From the NCBI GenBank assembly GCA_963682135.1, contig OY821645.1:1792001-1856000 (forward strand): DNA of 64,000 nt. Direction: 5' to 3'. Within the stretch, counting starts at the first letter, position 1. Each line of letters starts with the position of its first letter. This stretch comes from Methanothrix sp. Its GTDB lineage: Archaea > Halobacteriota > Methanosarcinia > Methanotrichales > Methanotrichaceae. A program made the position numbers and the translations under genes. This document shows, in pieces, positions 9,490-19,900 of this stretch. Under the pieces are notes generated by a model. That model was not told the origin of the DNA and did no database searches. It saw only the letters and a program-made list of their open reading frames with translations.

Positions 9490-10523
9490 ATGAGAATGAA
9501 GGCGTTCGTGTGAGAGAAGCTCGATGTTGTTTGCTGTGTGGATGCGAAGGGACGCAGTTATACACGGACCTGCGGGACCGCCTTTTCAGTGCGCCGGGCA
9601 ATTGGGAACTCATGCAATGTCTCAAGTGTCAGTTGGTCTGGCTCAATCCGCGCCCGATCCCAGACGACATCGGAAGACTTTATTCCCAATACTACACCCA
9701 TAAGATCCTTGATTCTCCTAACAATGTACTGGCTAGCATTCGCAAAATCGTGAAAGCAGGCATTCTGCAATCCAGCTATGGTTATAAGATGATGGGTTCA
9801 AATAGGTTGGCAGGATTCGTATTGAGCGGGCTTGGTCCCATCAAGGAAATTGCTGGAGGTTGCGTGCAGTGGCTTATTGCCAATGAGAAAGGACGTATTC
9901 TTGATGTGGGTCGCGGAAGTGGGGCATTCTTAGTCAAAATGAGGGAACTTGGCTGGAACGTAGTAGGCGTTGAGCCTTACGGAGAAGCTGTTAGGAATGC
10001 CCATGATATAGTAGGATTGGGTGTTCATCACGGAACATTAGAGGAAGCAAAGTTTTCCGATGATTACTTTGACGCGATCACTCAGAACCACGTAATCGAG
10101 CATATGCGTGGTCCGATTGGATTGCTGAAGGAATGTCGTCGTGCGCTAAAGCTCGGTGGAAAGCTGGTGGTTGTGATACCAAACATTGATAGCTTGGGAA
10201 CACGCATGTTTGGTTATACATGGTTACACTGGGATCCTCCGCGTCATTTGATTCTCTTCTCCACACAGAAGTTGCAGGAATGTGCAATGCGATCTGGGCT
10301 GATAATTCAGGAGCTTCGGACAACTAAAAAAGAAGGTCGATCGAGCTGGGCTGTTAACTGTTGCATCAAGAGAGATGGCATGCCTGGCATGCTTCCTGGC
10401 GTCTTGCCCAAAACATTGGGTATTTTACTCCGACTGAAAGGACTGGCGTTTCAGGCTGTAGAATACGAGCTGAGCGGCCGAGGTAAGGCAGGTGCGGAAC
10501 TGGTGCTGTTAGCTACAAAGTAG
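9486..10523 (+). CDS. Class I SAM-dependent methyltransferase with N-terminal Cys cluster (possibly degenerate)
   Basis: CLLC...CLKC; ILDVGRGSG; FDAITQNHVIEH; W.HWDPPRHL. ATGA overlap with wzx. Confidence 0.8.
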   Translation: MNENEGVRVREARCCLLCGCEGTQLYTDLRDRLFSAPGNWELMQCLKCQLVWLNPRPIPDDIGRLYSQYYTHKILDSPNNVLASIRKIVKAGILQSSYGYKMMGSNRLAGFVLSGLGPIKEIAGGCVQWLIANEKGRILDVGRGSGAFLVKMRELGWNVVGVEPYGEAVRNAHDIVGLGVHHGTLEEAKFSDDYFDAITQNHVIEHMRGPIGLLKECRRALKLGGKLVVVIPNIDSLGTRMFGYTWLHWDPPRHLILFSTQKLQECAMRSGLIIQELRTTKKEGRSSWAVNCCIKRDGMPGMLPGVLPKTLGILLRLKGLAFQAVEYELSGRGKAGAELVLLATK

Positions 10524-10577
10524 GAAAAATTCGAATAGAGGCAAGAAACTGCCCAAAGTTATCGTCGGGAGGGCCTG

Positions 10578-11867
10578 GTGGGAATGCAATTAGCTCGTTT
10601 TGCCCTAATAGGAAATGCGCCAAGAACCGATCAGAGAAGCGCCTTGAAGCGGATCTCTACCGAGAAGGTTATTCATGCCCTTTTTAAGATAATGCTAATT
10701 GTATTTTTAATTTTTCCTGCATCATTAGGCACTCTAATTAAATTTATAGTTATTTTTAGTATTTTCATTTTTAGTTTTCTAAGAGGACTAAAGATAAATC
10801 AATTCATAGTATTTCTCCTGATAACATCATTTAACATTGTTTATTTATTCTATTCCGTTACCAAACTAGACATTATTGAGGAGCTATCAATACGTGCATT
10901 CCTAAGCTACCAAGGTGTAATCTTAACAACGTTTGTCCTTGTTTGGGGGTCATATAATATAAAAAAAGAGGAGATTTTAAAATTTGTTGTGATAGGGGCG
11001 TCCGCATATTCTTTAATAAAATTAATATTAATTTTTATGCCATATTTAGGGTTCCTGACCGCTATTAATACAGGTTTTGTCATGGACCTTCGAGGTCAGG
11101 GTTTTTCCCGGATTGCAACATCCAATGACCTCATATTTCCTTTTGCGATTTTTTTAATTTTGAATAGAAACGCATTCAACTTAAAATTTGATAAAAAAAC
11201 AACCATAATCTCACTATTACTAATGCTGAGTACAAGTATACTAACATTTACAAGATTTATATGGATTTCAACGTTTATTGCGATAACAGGATATATACTA
11301 TTGAATTTTAGCCACATATTCAAACTATTTATAAGCAAAAAAATGATATTGGCCACCGTAATATTATCTATAATTTTTGCTTTATCCTTACTATATCCCC
11401 CGTCGCAGATAAAAGGAATTTCTGAAAATATTTTAATCAGATCTGGTGATTCACGTTCCATTGATGTCAAAGTTGAACAGGCTAGATATTTACTCACAGA
11501 TTTTTTCAATGCCCCACTTTTAGGTGCAGGAAACGCTGCGTTTATAAAGGATTATATTAGATACGAACGGTTGCCGTTTGTTTATGAAACGCAATGGGTC
11601 GCAATCTTATACCAATTTGGAATTGTTGGGACCGCCTGTATAGTAGTCTTTCTCTTATTACCAATTTTTCCTTTGATAAAACAGATCCTTATTTATCAGA
11701 GAACGTCTAATAATTTAATTATGGTATTCATTTTATACATAGGATTCCTATTTTCAGCATTTACAAATCCAAATCTATTCACACTTAATTCATCAATTAT
11801 ATACTTTTCAGTATATACTATGTGTCTATTTTGCATAGATAGCAAAAGGAGATGTGATCCAGAATGA
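10578..11867 (+). CDS. wzy: Wzy-like polymerase / O-antigen ligase-family membrane protein
   Basis: Many TM segments, LTFTRF, periplasmic-type loop with PLLGAG and YQFGIVG; AT-rich; sits between wzx and GTs. Start uncertain. Confidence 0.7.
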   Translation: MGMQLARFALIGNAPRTDQRSALKRISTEKVIHALFKIMLIVFLIFPASLGTLIKFIVIFSIFIFSFLRGLKINQFIVFLLITSFNIVYLFYSVTKLDIIEELSIRAFLSYQGVILTTFVLVWGSYNIKKEEILKFVVIGASAYSLIKLILIFMPYLGFLTAINTGFVMDLRGQGFSRIATSNDLIFPFAIFLILNRNAFNLKFDKKTTIISLLLMLSTSILTFTRFIWISTFIAITGYILLNFSHIFKLFISKKMILATVILSIIFALSLLYPPSQIKGISENILIRSGDSRSIDVKVEQARYLLTDFFNAPLLGAGNAAFIKDYIRYERLPFVYETQWVAILYQFGIVGTACIVVFLLLPIFPLIKQILIYQRTSNNLIMVFILYIGFLFSAFTNPNLFTLNSSIIYFSVYTMCLFCIDSKRRCDPE

Positions 11868-12694
11868 AAATGGACATCCTCCTGGCAACATACAACGGTG
11901 AAAAATATGTGGACCATTTGATAGAGTCACTACTAACTCAAAGCCATTCGCAATTTTCGATTCTTATAAGAGATGACGGATCGACTGATAAGACGATAGA
12001 GATAATTCGAGATTACGAGCAAATGCACAAAGGAAAAATAAAGATAATTCGAGATAACTTAGGAAATCTAGGTAGCAGCAGATGCTTTATAGAATTACTC
12101 ATGCATACCGAAGCAGATTATATAATGCTCTGTGATCAAGATGATGTATGGCTTCCGAATAAAATAGAAATAACATTGGAAATGATGGAGAGACTAGAAA
12201 AGATGCATAATAAAGAGACACCAATATTGGTCTTTACGGATTTGAAAGTCGTGAAAAATGATTTAGACATTGTTTCTGAATCTTTCTGGAAGTATCAAAA
12301 ATTAGATCCAGAGATATCAAAGGATTGGGTGGCACTGCTTGCGAGCAATGTTATAACCGGTTGTACTATAATGTTAAACCGAAAAGCAAAAGAAGTAGTA
12401 CTTCCATTTAGATTACCTAAAATGATACACGATCATTGGTTAGGCGTGAATATTTCGAGATATGGAATAGTTGACTATATAAGCATCCAAACAATTTTAT
12501 ACAAACAACATGGTGAAAATATTATAGGGGCCAGCGAATATAACGCAAGGTATTTTATTAAAAAAATTGCTAACGGGAAAAATATTATAAATATAATAAA
12601 AATAAACTATAATTTTTCTAAATACTTTAAGGTTTCATTTTGTAAAATACTATTTTTAAAATTAAAAATTAATCTGTCGAGGCTGCTGAAATGA
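11864..12694 (+). CDS. GT2 glycosyltransferase (rhamnosyltransferase-like)
   Basis: LLATYNGEKY, RDDGSTD, LCDQDDVW, GCT and HDHW motifs. Confidence 0.9.
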   Translation: MKMDILLATYNGEKYVDHLIESLLTQSHSQFSILIRDDGSTDKTIEIIRDYEQMHKGKIKIIRDNLGNLGSSRCFIELLMHTEADYIMLCDQDDVWLPNKIEITLEMMERLEKMHNKETPILVFTDLKVVKNDLDIVSESFWKYQKLDPEISKDWVALLASNVITGCTIMLNRKAKEVVLPFRLPKMIHDHWLGVNISRYGIVDYISIQTILYKQHGENIIGASEYNARYFIKKIANGKNIINIIKINYNFSKYFKVSFCKILFLKLKINLSRLLK

Positions 12695-13788
12695 AAATTG
12701 CGATTCTTGGTACACGCGGTATTCCAAATCGGTATGGAGGATTTGAGCAAAGTGCAGAGAATCTATCAATCAGGTGGAAAAATAATGGCAATGAAGTGAC
12801 TGTTTATAACCCCAACGACCATCCATATACGGAAAGAGAATGGAATGGTATCAGAATAAAGCAAATATATTCCAATGAAAAAAAAATTGGCGTAATAGGA
12901 ACTAATATCTTCGATTATTTATGCTTGAAGGACGCCTTGAATCAAGATTATGATATAGTATTGGAACTTGGCTATTCTGCTTCGGTGTTCTACCCATTAA
13001 AAAGGAATAGAAAGTTCAAAATAGTCACAAATATGGATGGATTAGAGTGGAAGAGAAGCAAATGGAATACACTGACTCGACGACTTTTAAAAACCCTAGA
13101 AAAACAGGCTGTGCTAAAAAGCGATGTATTGATCGCAGATAATCCGGGTATACAAGATTATTTGAAAATAACATACAATAAATCCAGTTTTTATGTACCA
13201 TATGGTGCTGATGCAAAAATATTTGTAACCCCATATAAGAATGTATTAGACGAATATCATTTGGAGCCATATTCCTATTATCTTTTAATAGCAAGACTTG
13301 AACCCGAGAATAATATCGAAATGATTCTAGATGGATATATTCAGCTAAAATTAAAAGAACCTTTTTTGGTTGTGGGAAATCATGAAACAAAATTTGGCAA
13401 TTATTTATTAAGAAAATATAAAAGATATCCTTTAATCAAATTTGTAGGTGGAATATATAATTATTACATTTTAAATAATATTAGATATTTTTCAAAAATA
13501 TATTTTCATGGGCATTCAGTAGGCGGTACAAACCCATCTTTGTTGGAAGCAATGAGTTGTGGTTGTTATATTGCATCACATAATAATTATTTTAATAAGT
13601 GCGTTTTGGAAAAGAACGCGCTATACTTTAATAATAGCAAAGAAGTTTGCGAAATAATAAATAATTATGACGAAAAATTTAAAAACAAGTTTGTTAATAA
13701 CTACAGAATAAAAATTCGCGAAGTTTATAATTGGGATATTGTTTCTAAACAGTACTTAGAAATTTTTAATAACATGTTAAGTTCATGA
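12691..13788 (+). CDS. GT4 glycosyltransferase, DUF1972-type
   Basis: KIAILGTRGIPNRYGGFE, NMDGLEWKRSKW, ARLEPENN and HGHSVGGTNPSLLEAM. Confidence 0.9.
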   Translation: MKIAILGTRGIPNRYGGFEQSAENLSIRWKNNGNEVTVYNPNDHPYTEREWNGIRIKQIYSNEKKIGVIGTNIFDYLCLKDALNQDYDIVLELGYSASVFYPLKRNRKFKIVTNMDGLEWKRSKWNTLTRRLLKTLEKQAVLKSDVLIADNPGIQDYLKITYNKSSFYVPYGADAKIFVTPYKNVLDEYHLEPYSYYLLIARLEPENNIEMILDGYIQLKLKEPFLVVGNHETKFGNYLLRKYKRYPLIKFVGGIYNYYILNNIRYFSKIYFHGHSVGGTNPSLLEAMSCGCYIASHNNYFNKCVLEKNALYFNNSKEVCEIINNYDEKFKNKFVNNYRIKIREVYNWDIVSKQYLEIFNNMLSS

Positions 13789-13895
13789 ACTAAACCCCTT
13801 TTTTTAGGCTTTTCATTGATTCATGCGCCCATATTTCGCACTAACGGTTTGAACGCTTTCTAATTTTCCCAGATTTTATGGATAATCTCTTTTAA

Positions 13896-13988
13896 CCTGA
13901 CCTCCCCATTTTTTAGGCACACATATGAAGGGCATCCAGAATTTGGCGCTGTTTCTTAGAGATCTCGGTCGTGATTCTTTCTCCATCC
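13896..13988 (-). pseudogene. 3' remnant of an IS4/IS1634-like transposase plus its terminal repeat
   Basis: Minus strand reads DGERITTEISKKQRQILDALHMCA* (stop 13913-13915), followed by AAAATGGGGAGGTCAGG, an IS-end-like sequence; cut by the IS256 left end. Confidence 0.55.
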
Positions 13989-15323
13989 GGTAGTGTGCCC
14001 GCTTTGCTGTAAAATCTCGGTTAAATCCCACGTCAAGAGCCGACGTGCTGTGAACGAGATAACAGCAAATTATTTCTTCACAAGATTTAATAATTAGCCC
14101 TGTATCCCCAAAGTTGTCGAAACCTAAGGAGGGACACAGAGCTATGAATATGGTAGACTTAGCAGAAGATTATCTTATCGATCCAAAAGAGGGTATGAGG
14201 AAGTTAATAGCTGGCTATCTCAATGAAGTAATGCAACTTGAAGCCCAAAAACAAATTCAGGCAGGACCTTACGAGCGCACCGGCAAGAGAAAAGGCCATC
14301 GTAACGGATCAAGACCGCGATCACTTAAGACCATTCACGGTGACATAACTCTCGATAAACCTGAAATCCGGGAGTTCCCATTCAAGTCAAAAGTATTCTA
14401 GAGATATTCTCGTGTAGAGGATTCTGTAAGAGTCGCTGTTGCGGAATCGTATTTAGAGGGTGTATCAACCAGAAAAGTCGAGAAGATATTCTCGAAATTT
14501 GGATTGCATGGCATCTCTGCTTCGGAAGTCTCACGAATAACCAAACGTCTTGATAAACAGGTTAAAGAGTTCCTTAACAGGCCCATTGAAGGAGCCATCC
14601 CTTATTTGTTCGCGGATGCAAGCTATTTCAAGGTCAGAACAGATGGCAGGTATATCAACAAGGCATTACTCGTTGTAACCGGCATTCGCGAAGACGGCTA
14701 TCGTGAGATTCTGAGTGCGGCGGTTGCTGATAGCGAAGAAGAGTATTGTTGGGAAAGCTGCTTTGAAGATTTGAAAGCCAGAGGACTTGACGGCGTCAAA
14801 TTAGTGATATCCGATGGTCACAAAGGGATACAGGCTGCGGTTGAAAAGGTATTCGTTGGTGCATCTTGGCAAATGTGCAATGTCCATTTTATGCGTGCAG
14901 TGCTCAAAAACATATCGAAAAAGGATAAAAAAGAAGTTGCGTACCTGCTGAAAGATGCTCTTGAAGATGAGCGCAAAATGCAGGAGACAGCAGTAATCCT
15001 TGATGGAATGGGTTATAAAAAGTCTGCAGACACAATCGATAGGTTCCGGTTCGATCTCTGGAATTACAAATCATTTCCAAGATCGCACTGGAGAAAGATC
15101 CGGACTACTAACGGTCTGGAAAGAATCAACAAAGAGCTGAAGCGAAGAAGTCGTGAATCTGGAGCGTACTCTAATGATCAATCACTCCTGAGAGTTGCAG
15201 TCTGCATCATGATGGACATCCATGAGGATTGGATAACTGGTAATAGGTATTTATCCTTGGAAGAGTAAATAGAATCAGGATATAGGGCTACTGCGAATTT
15301 TACAGCAAACAAGGCACGCTACC
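13989..15323 (+). mobile_element. IS256-family insertion sequence
   Basis: Imperfect TIRs GGTAGTGTGCCCGCTTTGCTGTAAAAT / GGTAGCGTGCCTTGTTTGCTGTAAAAT; flanks do not match (no TSD). Confidence 0.88.
14144..15268 (+). pseudogene. IS256 (Mutator-type) transposase interrupted by in-frame TAG at 14399-14401
   Basis: ORFs 14114-14401 and 14504-15268 are in the same frame; read-through gives VF*RYSR...SYLEGVSTRKV...DASY...ISDGHKG...WQMCNVH...TTNGLERINKELKRR. Confidence 0.88.
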
Positions 15324-15568
15324 GATTTTATCTCCGAGAGCCTTTTTCCAGGAGGTTCTGATGCAGAAGCGGCATAGAAAGTTATCTGGCCTTCATGAAG
15401 CTTCTCACCGAATGTCTCATTGAGAAAATCCCACATCAGATTCACAAGGGATCGGCAAGTAGCCTTCGGGAAGCTGTAGTCCGCTTCAAGTGTTTGGAAT
15501 AACCTTTGCTGAGCACTTCTCACCCAAGGGCCTTTGTAAACCAGATCAGTCTCATCTACTTGTACCAT
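15324..15568 (-). pseudogene. N-terminal fragment of a DUF1670-like protein, truncated by IS256
   Basis: MVQVDE...LEADYSFPKATCRSLV...GQITFYAASASEPPGKRLSEIK resembles DUF1670-type GQI..A....EP.GK.L (from recall, not searched); GGTGGGA precedes the ATG. Confidence 0.5.
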
Positions 15569-15674
15569 CTGTCCCACCAGTGCTAGAATTCGTATCCGAA
15601 GATACTTTAATGTAGGGGACATTTGGACGAATAGTAAATTATGAAGCGTTCAAACCGTTAGTGCGAAATATGGG

Positions 15675-15703
15675 ATAAAATTAAGGCCACCTGCGGGATG
15701 TGG
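15675..15703. mobile_element. Orphan IS1634-type terminal repeat, split by IS1 (completed at 16901-16909)
   Basis: CCTGCGGGATGTGG(G) is the reverse complement of CCCACATCCCGCAGG, the left end of the IS1634 at 46709. Confidence 0.7.
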
Positions 15704-16900
15704 GGTTGTGTACTTCTTTTACTGAAATATTTTAATACTACCTCATTGTATAATTGATAAGGGGTAGCGATGGAGTCAAGTCTTGATTTGACAAATTTTT
15801 GGTGCTGGCAGAAAGATTGTACTGATTACGGGAAAAAGGGTGCAGGAAACATAGTTTTGAAGGAGAGATATGGTAAGGATAACCGGGCGCTCCTTAAATG
15901 CAGAACATGCGGCCATTGTTTCAGCGAGACTCACGGAACGCCGTTCTTTGGCCTTAACACTTCAATTGATGAGGTCTGCCGAACACTGGCAATGATTCCA
16001 GAGAAAGGAAGCATTCGCGGAGCTGCACGGATGTCGGGCCATGATAAGAGCACAATATGCAAGTGGGTCGATCTTGCCGGCGAGCACTGCAAAGAAGTTA
16101 CGGATTATTTTCTGAGAGAACTTCGCTTGGACCGCGTGCAAGTTGATGAGATCTGGTCATATATAAAAAAAGGAGAAAAACGTCGCTGCCAGCGATTCGA
16201 AAGAATACGGTGATGTCTACAGCCTGACTGCAATAAAACCTGACACTCGACTTTTTTTAAGCCATCATGAAGGAAAAAGAACTGCCGATGATTGTGTCGA
16301 ATTTTTTGTCGATATTGAAAAACGTCGCGCAATTGATTCGTCAATTCCTGTATTTACTTCAGATAACTGGGATCCATTCGAGGAAGGGCTTCTCAATGTT
16401 TATGGTTTTCTTGAGACTCCCCATTACTGCGGAATCGGAAGAAAGCCTGAGCCAGTACTGGTTCCTTATCCCAATCTGAAGTATGCAAAGGTATGCAAGA
16501 AAAGGGAGAAGGGACGAATCGTTGAGGTAATACAGTGTGTTGTTTATGGTGATCCAAAAGAGGTAATGAGTTTACTCGGTACCGATTCTGGTGGAAAGAT
16601 CAATACGGCATATATTGAGCGGTTGAATCTCACAATTCGCAATTCATTGGCGCGATTTGTGCGCAAGAGTATGAATTGCAGCAAGATCTTGGGGAGGCAT
16701 ACTCATGCTTTGGACTTTTTCCAGGCTTGGTACAACTTCGTCAAGCCACATAAGTCACTTCGGAAAAGGATTGATCAAGGAAGGAAAAAGTGGATGCAAA
16801 GAACACCTGCAATGGCAGAAGGAATGACTGATCATGTATGGACTATCAAGGAGTTGATGGGATTCAAGATACCTTTTCAGTAAATCAAGTACACGACCCC
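15704..16900 (+). mobile_element. IS1-family insertion sequence
   Basis: TIRs GGTTGTGTACTTCTTTTACTGAAA / GGTCGTGTACTTGATTTACTGAAA (21/24); 8-bp direct repeat GGATGTGG at 15696-15703 and 16901-16908. Exact ends are uncertain by ~2 bp. Confidence 0.88.
15770..16883 (+). pseudogene. IS1 transposase (InsA zinc-finger/HTH plus InsB DDE) split by a frameshift at an A7 run
   Basis: C..C...CRTCG, HTH and QVDEIWSYIKK in frame 0; KEKN...FTSDNW...NTAYIERLNLTIR...YNFVKPHKSL in the +1 frame after A7 (16165-16171). Confidence 0.82.
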
Positions 16901-16951
16901 GGATGTGGGATATATCGTTAAACAGAATAAATGTTTGGTTTCTAACTATAA

Positions 16952-19900
16952 TCAATCGCCCTTTCTAATCAATACCTGTGCGATCTCTACATCTTCATTC
17001 GGCTTGATCGATATGCTATCTATCGGCTCATTCATCCAAAGGAACTGCGAGCTTATGCGAATCAGATAGTCTTCATATTCCTTAGTGGGTAAGACACGGA
17101 ATTTGATGCTTGATTTCAAACCCTTCCCATACGAAAGGCTAACATTGCCGTTCGTTTCAGACTTCATTTTAATATGAATATAATTTCCAGAAGACTTATC
17201 CATATTAGGGTCAATGGGTAGAGTCAATTCCTCATCTTTGGAAATTCTAGTCTTTGTCATCCTGATGTTTTCCAGGATTTTTGTTAATAAGGATGCCTTT
17301 CTCTCATCATATTTTCCCCAAATATATGGAAGAATTTTGAGATCAAAATCCTGTTGAAGGTCTTGCGGCGGTATGTTATTTAGCGGTGTATTTCGCTCAT
17401 CGAGCTGAACGCTTTGAACCTCAAAGATCGAACTATCCGGAGGATCAAATCGAACATCTGTCAATCCGATTTTTCCGTAAGTCAAGGGAACAGATACCTC
17501 AGAATAATTTCCTGTGCTACAGCTGCGGTTTATCAGATTGACTCCGCATGAGTATTCTCCGAATTCAGATCCATTATAGCCAAAGAATAGCTGCAATCTT
17601 CCTGCCAATGATGAGTTGTATCTTATTATTAGGTTTGAGTAAGCAGTCCTATTCAAAGGCCCTAGACTTGCCAAATCCAAAAAATTGGATAATTGTGGAT
17701 CATAATTGCCGCATAGGAATTCTAGCTTATCTTCAGAGGTCCTATTTATATCGCATGATCGCATCTCCTTTGGCTTAAAATTGATCGGCTTTATGATCTC
17801 GTTCGTGCGGAAGACATCGACTATGCTGCTATTCTTTTCTGTCCATATCTGATACTGATTGACGGTCCCTATCGGCCTGTAATTCTGATATATGTATTCT
17901 GCAATTCTATAGCTTCTAACTTCGTTAGGTATGCCGTCAACAAAATCCCACCAATTTCCTTGCTTAAAGATCACTACTGGTAAATCACCTTTGTCGTGAT
18001 AATTCTCAAGTTTCTCGATTGTAACATTTTGCATAAGATCTGATGTCTGATAAAGGTTGGGAATTATATATGGAATATGCTTTTTATCTGCCAACACATA
18101 TAACATTGGCGAATTTGTAAAATCAAAGAACGTTTGGTTCTTTTCTAACGAGTGGTCAATAAACGACACAATGTCTTGATACTGTGATTTATTGTCGTGG
18201 ACCCTTTTTTCCTTGTTCTGCCAATCGTGGTAATCAAAGAAATCCCCATCTTGATTATTGAACATTATTGTATATGATGGAATTGCTAATAAATATGCTA
18301 AGAGCAGCCCTAAACAGAGTACTCGTGATAGGTTCCTTTTAAAATTAAAATAAAACGGCATGCAGATCAATAAGAAGACAAATAGATACGAGTTGTAACT
18401 CTCTAATAGTGAGTGTCTCTGCACTGATCTAATTGACATAATCAGAGAGAATATTGCCAGGAAAACCAATATGATTTGCCTTTCATAAGGCTCTTCCTGC
18501 CTCATGAATACGATTAATATGAAATATATAACATATATTACTGAAATGCACGGAAGAAGACTGTATTGAAGCATAGCCAGATTCGAATAGCTGGATGCAA
18601 TAGCAACATAGGAGGCAACTTGGCTTTGATACACGGCAAATTGAATATTTTGCAGTATGATCTGGCCAATTGATTCGCTATTTGCTGTCGCTAACAACGC
18701 AAATATCGCGAGCGACAAAATTGTTATAATAAGAAAAGATAGACTCAAATTATAGATCCCAATCCGATCGAGAGATTTTATAAACACATTCTTAGCGTAA
18801 ATTATAGAGAAAATAAAGATGATCCCTGCCAGGGCCGCAATGCCAAAATCCAATCTCCAAAATAGCAGGAAAATCATAGTGATCCAGAACACGCAAGATC
18901 GGAAAAGCGTCAGCCTCTTCAACATCCAGATGAGACCGAGAGCAATCAGCATACAGAAAGCATAATAATAATATCCTCCGACCAGATCAAGAATAGGGAC
19001 CAGCAGCATTGCCATCAAGGAGAAGGCTGGATCTATGATATTCTTCAAGATAAAATAGACCAGCACCGATACGATAACTGGAGTAATCCACGCCCATAAA
19101 AGCGGCTCCACTGGATTATACCCATTCGCCAGTGAGTACAATACTAGATAATACATCTCAGAGAGGCCATGTGTTGGATAGATTCCAATATACGGCAGGC
19201 TGCCAAAGGAGAATAGCTGCTGATTCGAAATGAGCAATTCTCCTTGATGAAACATGTCATATTGGCCAATAACCAGAAGATGTTGATAGTACCGGAACAA
19301 AGTCGCTGTGGCTATGATTATCGGGAAATAAAGCTCCGCGATTACTCTTGCCGATCGCACCTTCGTTCTCTCTTTCTTTAAGAGAACCACGAACAGCACC
19401 AGGCTTGAAAGCAGAAGCAGAGCAACAATTATACTGGACAGCAATCTGGGCTCAATATGCACCATGCCTGATAGAGTGTATTGCAATTCATTGGATAGCG
19501 GTATGGAAATAGGAATTAAAAGAGCTGGAATAAATGATAGCACAATTAAGTTAGATACCAGCAAATCATGACCCTCAAATCCTATGCAGGTACGATTAAG
19601 GAGATAGTACCCTCCAATAAATGTCAGCCACAAAATAAATAAGATAAAATAATGATGACCATCATTGAAAAAACTGAGGGACATATTGAACAGAGTCAGA
19701 CAAGCAACATAGGCGATATAAGGAAAAATCAAGCTCAGAGTAATAATCTCCCTGGAAAATGCATCGGATACGCCCATCCATCCCCGATAGTAAGCCGCGA
19801 CTTTGATTAAAACAAATGAAATTAGCAATATTATAATAAAATATAGCAGCAGCAAATTGTTTAAGAAAATCTCTTGCCAGTTACTGCTAACATACAAAAA

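Larger units (their letters stand above)
13828..15674. mobile_element. TIR-bounded element (31-bp perfect inverted repeats) carrying a truncated DUF1670-like ORF, interrupted by IS256
   Basis: CCCATATTTCGCACTAACGGTTTGAACGCTT at 13828-13858 and its exact reverse complement at 15644-15674; no TSD seen. Confidence 0.8.

Noticed and set aside
12878-12886. A9 run in the DUF1972 GT4 (also A8/T8 runs near 34983, 42400 and 42601) as phase-variation tracts
   Set aside because: The genes are in frame, and such runs are expected in AT-rich, Lys/Phe-rich coding DNA.
13790-13812. Possible terminator after the GT4
   Set aside because: T-run with only a weak stem; cannot be distinguished from AT-rich background.
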